From Thermodesulfobacteriota bacterium (lineage in GTDB: Bacteria > Desulfobacterota_D > UBA1144 > Nemesobacterales > JAJCZQ01): a stretch of 64,000 bases of DNA. This document shows positions 38,793 to 48,614 of the stretch, in pieces. The position numbers were made by a program, and so were the translations under genes. How positions within the stretch are numbered: the stretch's first letter is position 1; the number at the start of each line of letters is the position of its first letter. Location: NCBI GenBank assembly GCA_965215275.1, contig OZ244044.1, positions 1,696,001-1,760,000 of the forward strand, given 5' to 3'. The notes beneath the pieces were generated by a model. The model worked only from the letters and a program-made list of their open reading frames with translations, did no database searches and was not told the origin of the DNA.

Positions 38793-41014
38793 TGGACAAA
38801 ATATCCTTTCGTCCCTACGCACGGCTCCTGACAATGTTGGGAGATCAGCTCATCAAAAATGAACGGATCGCCCTCGTGGAAATTATCAAAAACTCCTACG
38901 ATGCAGATGCCGACTGCGTTAAGGTGAGTTTTGAAAATTTCAATGATGATATGTCGACAAATGCAAACTCAAAAATCATCGTTGAAGACAACGGCAGAGG
39001 TATGTCCCAAGAAGAAATATGCAATGCTTGGATGAATCCAGCCACCCCGCAAAAATACAACAGAAAAAAAGAAGGCAAGAGAACAACACCTGAGAAGAAG
39101 CGTGTCATACAAGGCGAAAAAGGGATCGGACGCTTTGCAGTTCTTAAACTGGGAAAGAAGATAACAGTAGCAACCAAGACTAATGGTTCAAACTTTGAAT
39201 CAGTGCTTGACTATGATTTTACAAGATTTGATGACGAATTCACTGAAGAATCAGGGACGGCAAAAGATATTTTTCTAGATGAAATTAAAATAAATTACTC
39301 AGAATCCGACCCTCCCAAGTTAGTAAAAGAACCTCATGGAACTCTGATAGAAATATGTGGACTGAAAGGTTCTTGGAGCGACAAGAGCATTAAAAAACTT
39401 TGTGGAGATATATACAACTTGACAGACCCTATTTCAAAAATTACAGGGAGGAAAAATGACAATTTTGACATACACATCACATGCAACGGTGAGATTAAGC
39501 CAATAGAATATGAAAATGCAGAAGATATTAAAGCACTGATAGAGGACAAGTCTGTACTAAAAATACAAGGAGAATTTAATTCTGACAAGAATGCTTTTAT
39601 CTTTACCGATGATGAAAATGAAAGTCATGAAACGGAAATACAACTGAGCGATACAAAATTAACAGGTTTGTGGATATATAGAGATAGGTATAAAGAAGAA
39701 CAAAACATGGAAGAGGACAAAAAGTATAATTGTGGTAGTTTCAAATTTCACTTTTACATTTTTGACTTTTCACTAGGCATATCCGGGAAATATGAACTTA
39801 ACCGGGAGCAGAGAAAGATGCTTAAAGACCATAGAATTTATCTTTACAGGGATGGCGTGCGAGTTTATCCCTACGGTGACCCTAATGATGATTGGTTAAA
39901 CATAGACATAGCTAGAGGAACGGGAAGAGCGGGAGATTTTTTCAGCAACGATCAGATGATTGGCTGGATAGATATTACCCAGGAATATAACCCAAATTTA
40001 AGAGACAAGACCAATCGAGAAGGTCTTATTGAGAAAGAAAATGCCGTAGAACACTTCATTTTTCTTATATCAGTTTTTTTATCTTACATAAGGCAATATC
40101 CATATTCACGCTACCAGCAAAAAAAGAAAGATAAAAGTGCGGTTGAATTGGCACAGAAGCGATTGATTTTCAAGAATCTGTCTGATTTGAAAAAAAGTCT
40201 TTCCGAACAAGGGCTTAGGTCGGAAGTTGACAAAGTCGGAAAGATAGAAAAAAAGTACAAGAAAGAAAGGGATTACTTGGTTCAACGTGCTGAAACCGTG
40301 GAAGATTTAGCCGGCGTCGGTCTTTCAGTGGAAATGACATCACACGACATAATGCTCATGATGGGTAGGGCTCAAGACACTTCAAAAGTGATAGCAAAAC
40401 TTGCAAGAGACCATTGTAATGAGCAAATTCAAGAGAAAGCCAATATGCTGGTGGGAATTTTGTCTCAGGTAAGCGATGGAATGCAAGACATTCAAGGTCT
40501 ATTCAAATCGGCAAAAAGGCGCAGGAAAAACCTTAAAATTGAACCTATACTGGACAAGATTTTTGACCTCTACAAGGGGTTGCTCGAAAAGAGGAAAATT
40601 CATTACGAGAAAGAAGTTTTATCTGGTTCTCCTCTGATAGCCGACACGACGGATGCTGTTATAATGCAAGTCTTAATAAATCTTTTTGACAACTCTTCAT
40701 ACTGGCTTGATACCGAGACTGAGACCAAGAGCGAAAAACGAAGAAAAATAAAAGTATTGCTAAACGGTAATCAAGGAGAGCTAATCTTTGCCGACAATGG
40801 TCCGGGCATAGACAAAGAGGATATTCCTTATATCTTTGAAGCTTTTTACTCTGGAAAAGGTCAAAAAGGGAGAGGTCTGGGATTGTATATAGCTAGACAA
40901 TTGCTTGAGAGGCATGATTACTCTATTTCTATAGTTGAGCGAGAAAAGAACAAACTGCTGTCTGGAGCTAACTTTATCGTTAGTTTCTTCAAGGAGGGTG
41001 ACAATGGACATTAA
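38789..41014 (+). CDS. GHKL/MORC-like ATPase fused to a histidine kinase module
   Basis: N-terminal EIIKNSYDAD, DNGRGM, GEKGIGRF; C-terminal SHD H-box, NLFDNS, DNGPG, GRGLGL. Confidence 0.88.
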   Translation: MMDKISFRPYARLLTMLGDQLIKNERIALVEIIKNSYDADADCVKVSFENFNDDMSTNANSKIIVEDNGRGMSQEEICNAWMNPATPQKYNRKKEGKRTTPEKKRVIQGEKGIGRFAVLKLGKKITVATKTNGSNFESVLDYDFTRFDDEFTEESGTAKDIFLDEIKINYSESDPPKLVKEPHGTLIEICGLKGSWSDKSIKKLCGDIYNLTDPISKITGRKNDNFDIHITCNGEIKPIEYENAEDIKALIEDKSVLKIQGEFNSDKNAFIFTDDENESHETEIQLSDTKLTGLWIYRDRYKEEQNMEEDKKYNCGSFKFHFYIFDFSLGISGKYELNREQRKMLKDHRIYLYRDGVRVYPYGDPNDDWLNIDIARGTGRAGDFFSNDQMIGWIDITQEYNPNLRDKTNREGLIEKENAVEHFIFLISVFLSYIRQYPYSRYQQKKKDKSAVELAQKRLIFKNLSDLKKSLSEQGLRSEVDKVGKIEKKYKKERDYLVQRAETVEDLAGVGLSVEMTSHDIMLMMGRAQDTSKVIAKLARDHCNEQIQEKANMLVGILSQVSDGMQDIQGLFKSAKRRRKNLKIEPILDKIFDLYKGLLEKRKIHYEKEVLSGSPLIADTTDAVIMQVLINLFDNSSYWLDTETETKSEKRRKIKVLLNGNQGELIFADNGPGIDKEDIPYIFEAFYSGKGQKGRGLGLYIARQLLERHDYSISIVEREKNKLLSGANFIVSFFKEGDNGH

Positions 41015-42173
41015 AGAACTTCTATCAGGGATTGCTGTTGTGATTGACGATGCCCTGAAAAAGGAAAAAGATGAAGGAAATGGTGATCGCATCTTTGATA
41101 TAATAGATAAAATAAAAGAACAGGATATACCTCTGTACATGGAAAGCGAAATTCCATCTGATAAAACTTGTGATAGTTTGTTAAGGTCTGCAAGTTTTGT
41201 GCTGTTGGATTGGAAACTGTGGGAAGCAGTAGGAGATACATTAGAGAAAAAGAAAATTGAAGAAAATATAGAGTTTCTTGATAGAGCAAAGAGACATTTT
41301 ACTCCTGTCTTTATATTAACAAACGAGAATATTGACGACATAGAACAGCATCTTGATTGTTGTAAATTTTATGATAAAAAAGACTCAAGAAAGAATTTTA
41401 TTTTTATTGAAGACAAGCATAGGATGAATATAGACAATGTTTTTAATCCTATTAAAGAATGGATGAGTACAAATGCTTCAGTCTATACATTGAAAGCTTG
41501 GGAGCAAGCATTCTATAAAGCAAAGGAGGATTTTTTTTGCTCTATGTATGAAAAAAGTCCTAGTTGGCCTATAGTATTTTGGTCATCTTACAAAGAGGAT
41601 GGTGTGGAGCCAAGTTCACTCATTGCCAATCTTATAAATAACAATGTATTAGCACGTATGAATAACAGTATTTTTAAGGAAAGTGTTTTAAATAGAGAAC
41701 AAGGCGAAACAGATAGAGAACAAAACAACATAGACCCCCAAGATGTTAAGTCTGTTTTAGCAGGATCAATTTTTATACCAGAAGAGAACCTATCCAAAGA
41801 TGAAATAAGGGCTGGGGATATATTTAAAAAGAAAAGAAACAAATATTTAATTAACATTCGTGCAGACTGCGATTGTATACCTAGAGATGAAACTTCCTTA
41901 GATGATATTGCTCTATTATGCATTGAAGGCAGTTCTGTCAATCCTAAAAAAGTCTATGATTTAGAAAGGGTCTGGCAATCTATTGTGTTCGGGATAGATA
42001 AAAAAACTGTCCAGTTTGATTTTAGGAAATTTATAAGTATAAAATATGGAAATGTGTGTTGTAAACGTGTTGGACGTCTAAATCATCCCTATATAACAAG
42101 AGTCCAGCAACGCTTTGCGTTTTACCTACAACGTCAAGGACTTCCCAGAATACCAGAAGAAGTGATAAATTAA
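41004..42173 (+). CDS. Atypical response-receiver-domain protein
   Basis: aggagg RBS before MDIKEL; VVIDD, LLDW, FILT; C-terminal GD...RADCD...QRQGLP. Confidence 0.75.
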   Translation: MDIKELLSGIAVVIDDALKKEKDEGNGDRIFDIIDKIKEQDIPLYMESEIPSDKTCDSLLRSASFVLLDWKLWEAVGDTLEKKKIEENIEFLDRAKRHFTPVFILTNENIDDIEQHLDCCKFYDKKDSRKNFIFIEDKHRMNIDNVFNPIKEWMSTNASVYTLKAWEQAFYKAKEDFFCSMYEKSPSWPIVFWSSYKEDGVEPSSLIANLINNNVLARMNNSIFKESVLNREQGETDREQNNIDPQDVKSVLAGSIFIPEENLSKDEIRAGDIFKKKRNKYLINIRADCDCIPRDETSLDDIALLCIEGSSVNPKKVYDLERVWQSIVFGIDKKTVQFDFRKFISIKYGNVCCKRVGRLNHPYITRVQQRFAFYLQRQGLPRIPEEVIN

Positions 42174-43100
42174 GAGGACTATATACTTAATTACCCAAAA
42201 AGATCTAACTACTTGTTATCATTAACTTTTAATTTTTGATTGTCTTTTAGTTTATTTTTAACTTTTCTTGCCTTGATAATAGCCTTTTGTTTAGAAAATA
42301 TAGCATCCACTACCTCTTCCATAGTAGCTTTTACAGGCTGTATTAATTTTGGTTTTCTTCCCATTTATCCTCTCTCTTTATATATCCGTTTATCTGATTA
42401 ATTCCGCATATTTAAGACGCTTACCTGAAAATCCTTTTATGACCTTTCCAATATGATCCATAGTAGCTAATGCTCTGTTATTGTGTCTGCCCGCATACTC
42501 ATCAACGTAGCGTTGCAAGTGTTTCTTGCTCATATAGTGATATGTTCCAACATATCCCCTCTTGAACATAGACCAGAAATTCTCTATCCCGTTGGTATGT
42601 GCTTGACCCCTCTGTAACTGTCCCTTCTATCATATTCTGTAGTTCTTCCTTCTTAACAGTTTCAGTTACCTTTGCTTTGATATTCTTATCTACCCTTGAC
42701 TTTATCCCTACTACTGATGATTTAGTCTTAATGCTTCTACCTTGTGTCCCTTTTATCTTCTTACTTGCGTGTTTGTTTTTTGATAATCCACCTACATAGG
42801 TCTCATCAACCTCTATTGGAGACAGTAAAGCATTATCCGACTGCTCTTCAAACGCTTTTCTTATCCTGTGCGCTAAAAACCAGGCTGTCTTCTGCGTTAC
42901 TTCTAAATCCCTTGATAGTTTCAAACTTGAAACTCCTTTCAGATTCGTGGTTAACAAGTAAACAGACATAAGCCAAATCTGGAGCGGTAATTTGCTTTGC
43001 TCTAATATCGTCCCCTGTCTTATACTAAACCTCTTTCTGCAATCCTTACATCTGTATGGCATTGCATGTTTAGATCTTACAGTCCTCACACTTCCACAGG
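42174..43100 (-). mobile_element. Decayed IS1595-family element (5'-truncated, internally deleted transposase)
   Basis: CKDCRKRFS, QKTAW, EVDETYVGG; frameshifted C-terminus HTNGIENFWS...KHLQRYVDEY...RHN ending 42390; terminal repeat gaggactatatacttaattaccca at 42174. Confidence 0.9.
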
Positions 43101-43344
43101 GGCCTCTTCTCAGCCATATTTCAGGATCTTCAATCCGTGGATACAGCAGAGGAAGTTCGACCCTGATACGATCTATATAAAAAAGTGGCTGCCGGAGCTA
43201 AATAAACTGATCCCAAAGGAAATACACGGTATGCATCTCCGCAGAGCTGGTCCAATCATCCGGCAGTATCCTTCTCCGATCGTGGACCATGAGATCGAAG
43301 CCAGAAGGTCAAAGGAGGTCTATGCAGAGTTGGCAAAGTCGTAA
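43093..43344 (+). pseudogene. phrB: C-terminal fragment of a DNA photolyase
   Basis: STGxxxQPYFRIFNP, KFDPD, YIKKWLPEL, YPSPIVDH. Confidence 0.88.
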
Positions 43345-43556
43345 ATTTGGGAGCGGCGACGTGGACCACTGGCAAGAATAAAGTAATATGTTGTTCTTTG
43401 CGTGACAGACCCGTGTATCATGCACGTATGGTCTGGCGATTTTTGTTATTTGGTCAGATGGGGTCTTTAGTCTTAATTTCGTTGAATTTCTCTTTTCTTG
43501 TGGTTATACTATAAAACTGCCGATCAAGCGGCTGCTTAAAGTATCAGGAGGGAATA

Positions 43557-44402
43557 ATGTCAGATTATACACATCCGGAAGTATTGGTCAGTACCCAGTG
43601 GGTGGCTGACAATTTAGACAGTCCAGACGTTGTAATGGTTGAGTCGAATGAAGATATTCTGCTCTATGAAACGGGACATATACCAGGTGCCGTGAAAGTC
43701 GACTGGCAGAATGAACTTCAGGATCAGCTTATCAGGGATTATGTCGGAAGGGAAGAATTTGAAAAACTGATGTCCGAGAAAGGAATTTCCAATGACCACA
43801 CGGTCGTTTTTTATGGAGATAAAAGCAACTGGTGGGCGTGCTATGCTTTCTGGACCTTTAAAGTGTTGGGACATGAAAAGTGCCTTATAATGAATGGAGG
43901 AAGGCAGAAGTGGGTAGAAGAGGCCAGACCTTTGACGAAAGACGTTCCGAGCAGAGACCGCACTGATTACAAAGTTCACGCGGTTGACGAATCCATCAGG
44001 GCCTTCAGAGATGACGTGGAAAAGCACGTAAGTTCCAGCAATCCGTTAATTGACGTAAGATCTCCCAAGGAGTTTACGGGCGAACTTACGCACATGGAGA
44101 ATTATCCACAGGAGGGGTGTCTGAGAGGAGGTCACATTCCGGGAGCGAACAACGTTCCATGGGCCAGAGCTGCCAATGATGACGGAACGTTCAAGTCCGC
44201 TGATGAACTTGCCGATATCTATAAGTCCGAGGTGGGCATAAAAGAGGATGACGACGTGATCGCGTACTGCAGGATAGGTGAGAGGTCTTCACATACCTGG
44301 TTCGTTCTGACCTATCTGATGGGATTTAAGAACGTTCGCAACTATGACGGTTCCTGGACCGAGTGGGGTAACCTCGTAAAGGCTCCCATAGAAAAACCCT
44401 GA
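43557..44402 (+). CDS. Two-domain sulfurtransferase (rhodanese, CysA/SseA-like)
   Basis: GHIPGA twice, [17 protein letters not shown]. Confidence 0.95.
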   Translation: MSDYTHPEVLVSTQWVADNLDSPDVVMVESNEDILLYETGHIPGAVKVDWQNELQDQLIRDYVGREEFEKLMSEKGISNDHTVVFYGDKSNWWACYAFWTFKVLGHEKCLIMNGGRQKWVEEARPLTKDVPSRDRTDYKVHAVDESIRAFRDDVEKHVSSSNPLIDVRSPKEFTGELTHMENYPQEGCLRGGHIPGANNVPWARAANDDGTFKSADELADIYKSEVGIKEDDDVIAYCRIGERSSHTWFVLTYLMGFKNVRNYDGSWTEWGNLVKAPIEKP

Positions 44403-44472
44403 CTTTTTGAAATATCTTTTTCCTGTCGGCACCGGTGAGGTGTGAAGTGGTGACACTGTTTATTTTTTGTAA

Positions 44473-44922
44473 ATGGGTCGTTACTATCTTGGTGTGATGA
44501 ACAAGCTTGGAGAAATTATAAGCCAGTTCCAGGATGCGGATTATCAGGAAACATTGGAACTTCTGCTGGATTATTCTGAGAGTTTACCTCCCGTTCCGGA
44601 GAGGTTCAGTGGTGAACTGGACAAGGAATCCAAACGTGTGCCAGAATGTGAAACGCCCGTTTACGTCTGGGTCGACGTTAAGGACAGCACAGTGAAGATC
44701 TACGCGGACGTTGCTCCTGAATCCCCGACGGTAAGGGGACTTGTCTCAATACTCGTTACAGCGTTTGATGGCAGTACACCGGAAGCGGTCGAACTGGCCC
44801 CTGCGGACCTGCTCTATCAGCTTAGGCTTGGACAGAAACTCGGAACACGAAGAATGTATGGACTGGGTGCCGTTTACCACAAGATTAAGGCCGAGGTAAA
44901 AAAACAGGCTTTGCTTCAGTGA
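44473..44922 (+). CDS. sufE: SufE family sulfur acceptor
   Basis: VPECETP, ESPTVRG, RRMYG. Confidence 0.85.
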   Translation: MGRYYLGVMNKLGEIISQFQDADYQETLELLLDYSESLPPVPERFSGELDKESKRVPECETPVYVWVDVKDSTVKIYADVAPESPTVRGLVSILVTAFDGSTPEAVELAPADLLYQLRLGQKLGTRRMYGLGAVYHKIKAEVKKQALLQ

Positions 44923-44929
44923 GGTTCTG

Positions 44930-45325
44930 ATGCTACATGAAGAGTTGATGGACGTTATCATGGATCACTATGAGAACCCCAGAAATTACGGGCAATTGGA
45001 TAATCCGGATGTTCAGCAGACGGAAAGCAATCTCGGTTGTGGTGATCATATAACGGTTTATTTAAATATACAGAGCGGTATAGTGGAGGATATTAAATTC
45101 GAGATCAAAGGCTGTATCATAAGTCATGCAGGCACTTCACTTATATCGGAATTCGTTAAGGGTAGAACAACGGGGGAAATAAAGAATACCGGTCTTGACA
45201 AGATGAAGGATTTTTTAAGTAAGGATATTGTAATAAGAAGACCTCAATGCGTTGGTTTGGGGATAGATACGATAAAAAAGGCGATCATAAAGTATGAAAA
45301 GCAAAGAGGTCTTGTGAAAGTTTGA
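44930..45325 (+). CDS. SufU/IscU-like Fe-S scaffold or sulfur-transfer protein
   Basis: DHYENPRN, GCGD, GCIIS, RPQC. Confidence 0.88.
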   Translation: MLHEELMDVIMDHYENPRNYGQLDNPDVQQTESNLGCGDHITVYLNIQSGIVEDIKFEIKGCIISHAGTSLISEFVKGRTTGEIKNTGLDKMKDFLSKDIVIRRPQCVGLGIDTIKKAIIKYEKQRGLVKV

Positions 45326-45491
45326 TCTGAACTCTTTTACTCTTTTTTATCCTGGTCTGTAAACTGTATCGGTTCTTCGTAATTTTCCGTACGAAAGGGT
45401 TTATTGCTGTAAATGTAAATTTAACTGTTCAAATTATCTGAATTTTTTGTTATCCTAATAGACCGAAAGTCAAAGATGGAGGAATTAAGTA

Positions 45492-46844
45492 ATGGCGAGA
45501 AATGGAAGATCAAAGAATGGAACGGAAGATTTTAACAGCGACAGAATTCAGAAAGCATTAGAGTACCCGTTGTTCGATTCAATATTTAACAGAAGGTCCA
45601 GACGTTTTGGACTCGGCATGGAACTTGCCGACAGCACTCTTGAGTTTAAATCAAAATATGATCCGGTGGCGCTTAGTGAACTGGAAGAGGCACTGCTCGT
45701 GTGGTCTGGTACGGGACTTACGGGACTTTGTCTTGCCGACCTCCCACCTGAAAATGGCATAGACCTTCTTTGCCAGTGGACGGGAAGGACCTGGCCATCT
45801 GCTTGCAATAACCACGGAACGGAACTTTTCTTTACGAACGATGATGGACTGTATCACGTAAACGTCAAGGAGATGCTCCCAAAAAACCATGAACTGGATG
45901 TTTTCTTCAACATGTCTCGTGATGATAAGATCGAAAGACTGCTTGAACTTTACCGTGAAAGTCTAAGTAAACTGGAAGACGGGAGAGCAGAACTTCCTGA
46001 TAAAATGCCCGGATTATTTGAATTTAATCAGTGGAACACGAACAAGCCTGGAACCACCGTCTTTATTCCGGTTACGGATATAACGGAAGAGTATCTGAAC
46101 CTTCTGACCCTTTACTGCAGTAACAGCTATGGGTTTAGTATAATTGACGATCTTACCGGGAAACCAGCCGGGGTGGAAAAATGGATTAAAAAAGGCAGGT
46201 TAAAGGGAGAAGTCAAACTGTCTCTCTTTGATCTTGAGGTCCGAATACTGACAGGGCTTAATGTTGAGCAGGCTTTTATATGTCAGAACATGGCACTTGC
46301 TCTCCAGCCCCTGGGACTTGCCGGCTGGACTTTCAGTGGTTTTATACCAAGGTTTGCAATGGGAGCGGCTCCGAATTTGTTCAAAGGGCTTGGTTTTAGA
46401 TTTATTCAGCCGAAAAAAGGGAGTATTGATCCCCCGACCACGGTTCCCGTGGGCAGAGACGGAGTGTTTGAATCGTACAGTCCTCCATATTATAAAAATA
46501 TGGACGATGCAATAGATCATTTCCTGGAGCATAAATGGGCTGCGTGGGAAGAAGACAAACCTTTCCCGTACACTGAACCTGATAAACATCTTATGAAAGC
46601 TCCAAGACCGACCGATACAACTATTGAGATAGTAAGGGCGGTTGCAAATTATATTTACGATAATTACGGTAGATTTCCCGCCTTTGTGGACCCTATGTAT
46701 ATGAGGCTTGTTTTTCAGGCAATGCACATTGACCTTGATTTTTACGATAAGTACTATCCAAAAGGGTCATATTCGGACAGGCACATTGATACCTTCCTTT
46801 CGCTTCATCCCAAGGAAGGGGGAAGATTTAATAATAATAAATAG
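45492..46844 (+). CDS. Conserved hypothetical protein, possibly nitroreductase-like fold
   Basis: Long ORF with RBS; RRSRRF, PSA and QNMAL...LGL resemble nitroreductase motifs. Confidence 0.6.
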   Translation: MARNGRSKNGTEDFNSDRIQKALEYPLFDSIFNRRSRRFGLGMELADSTLEFKSKYDPVALSELEEALLVWSGTGLTGLCLADLPPENGIDLLCQWTGRTWPSACNNHGTELFFTNDDGLYHVNVKEMLPKNHELDVFFNMSRDDKIERLLELYRESLSKLEDGRAELPDKMPGLFEFNQWNTNKPGTTVFIPVTDITEEYLNLLTLYCSNSYGFSIIDDLTGKPAGVEKWIKKGRLKGEVKLSLFDLEVRILTGLNVEQAFICQNMALALQPLGLAGWTFSGFIPRFAMGAAPNLFKGLGFRFIQPKKGSIDPPTTVPVGRDGVFESYSPPYYKNMDDAIDHFLEHKWAAWEEDKPFPYTEPDKHLMKAPRPTDTTIEIVRAVANYIYDNYGRFPAFVDPMYMRLVFQAMHIDLDFYDKYYPKGSYSDRHIDTFLSLHPKEGGRFNNNK

Positions 46845-46904
46845 ATATTAGTGTTACATTAGAGAATTATTAAGAAGAGTTGACAGAAAGGACTTGACAA
46901 ACAC

Positions 46905-47187
46905 CATTATACAACAAGAACCTGTTCTGAATGTGTAAAGGTAAATGCAAAACTGCCACTGTCTCAGAGAGTATTTAACTGTATGTATTGCGGTTATTCA
47001 GAAGACAGAGATATAAACGCAGGTAAAAATATCAATACTCTTAATGAAGGAGACTTCATATCGGGTGGAAATAAGGTAGAAATACTCCCGATGAGTGCTA
47101 AGAGTATTAAATCAAAGAAGATCGGGGATAGAGGAGTTCTGCCATCAGAACAGTATAGGTAGTTTTTAACTTTCCTTTATAAATCCC
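46905..47187 (+). pseudogene. tnpB: tnpB 3' remnant with putative omega-RNA and element end (not in the ORF track)
   Basis: Hand translation HYTTRTCSEC...LSQRVFNCMYCGYSEDRDINAGKNI, stop at 47160-47162; ends tttataaatccc. Confidence 0.85.
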
Positions 47188-47362
47188 TTACATTATTGGA
47201 GCGAAGATTTAATAGGGAATTATGTGTATATAAAGTAAGAATGATCTGTATATCCTGATAGATCTTTGTCAATTAAAAACAGAGAAAGAAGTTAATACCT
47301 GATATTTACAGTAGAACAGAAGTAAAACATGGGGGGGGGGGATTATCTACTTAAAAGCAATT

Positions 47363-48403
47363 ATGTTTAAAAAGTTAAACATAAAAAATTTTAAAGTTTT
47401 AAAAGATTTTACCTGTGATGATTTAAAACCTGTTAATACCTTTTCTGGTAAGAATAATTGTGGAAAGTCAACTTTATTAGAGGGGATTTTCTTATTATCA
47501 GCTTGTTCAAATGCTGCTGTATTAGTTGATAGAATATTTCCGTTTAGGCAAATGACTATCAACCAATCAAGAGACCTGTCTTTCTTCTTTTCTCAGTTAG
47601 ACTTCAGTGAAAAAATTAGCTTTAACGGTACTTTTGAAACTGATAAGATTTATGTGGGCTACTCTCCAGTATTAGAAGATAATAAAAAGATCAATGGTTT
47701 AGATATTGAATACAAATACAACAATCAATCATCTGGCAAGAGCCAGATCAGATATGCTCCTCAAAAAACACAACTATCCGTTCCAGGACTAACTATAGAG
47801 CAACAATCCCCTTTTGTTGTAAATATAGAAGATAATAAATCTTCCAAGATTATTTCGGCAAAAATTCTCAATTCTGGATCATTTACTGAAAGTCTTAAGG
47901 AAGTTATAGAAGTTATAAGAATGGGAAATAAGGGCACATTCCTGAAAGTGTTAAATGATGTGTTTGATGAAGAAATAATAGATGTTTTCCAAGCAGAAAA
48001 TGTGATTGAAGTTTTTCTTAAAGGGATTAAAGAGTCAATTCCTTTGAATTTGTTAGGAGGTGGAATGAATAGAGTAGTTCCTTTGTTGTCATCATCAATC
48101 TCACCGGATTACGAAGTATTACTGGTTGACGAAATAGAAAATGGACTTCATCACTCTGTTATGAAACCCATTTTAGAAGTTCTGTTTCAAGAAATCATCC
48201 GCAGAAAAAAACAAATATTCATAACTACACATAGTGAAGATATATTGAAAGCCATTGCGGAAGTTATACAGGAGAATGAAGATTTTTCAGATAATTATAG
48301 ACATCATTCATTAGTTATAAAAAATGATACTGTTCGTTGTTTTTCTTATAATTCAGAACAATTCTTGACGGCTAGAGAAACTAATTTTGACGTGAGAAAC
48401 TGA
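47363..48403 (+). CDS. AAA/AbiEii-like ATPase
   Basis: GKNNCGKS, LGGG, VDEIENGLH, TTHS. Confidence 0.88.
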   Translation: MFKKLNIKNFKVLKDFTCDDLKPVNTFSGKNNCGKSTLLEGIFLLSACSNAAVLVDRIFPFRQMTINQSRDLSFFFSQLDFSEKISFNGTFETDKIYVGYSPVLEDNKKINGLDIEYKYNNQSSGKSQIRYAPQKTQLSVPGLTIEQQSPFVVNIEDNKSSKIISAKILNSGSFTESLKEVIEVIRMGNKGTFLKVLNDVFDEEIIDVFQAENVIEVFLKGIKESIPLNLLGGGMNRVVPLLSSSISPDYEVLLVDEIENGLHHSVMKPILEVLFQEIIRRKKQIFITTHSEDILKAIAEVIQENEDFSDNYRHHSLVIKNDTVRCFSYNSEQFLTARETNFDVRN

Positions 48404-48614
48404 TGCTAACTTTTTTGGAAATTATTCCTACATCCTGAATATCATTATCATTGCAAGAAAGAGAAAGAAACTCATACTTGACATTTATTCATAATACGAA
48501 GTAAAATATTAATGTTATGAAAAGTTCAAATGTAAAAACAAAAACGCATAGTTCCATTACCCCCCCCCGTGTATACCTGAACTTTCAGCCTGGTATAAGT
48601 ATTTTGTAAGAACA

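Noticed and set aside
43066..43344. 92-aa ORF as an intact gene
   Set aside because: Chimera of antisense IS sequence and the photolyase C-terminus
42174..47187. One composite transposon from the IS1595 end to the tnpB-remnant end
   Set aside because: Flanks taaattaa and ttacatta are not a clean TSD, the two ends are dissimilar, and the interior looks like core genes
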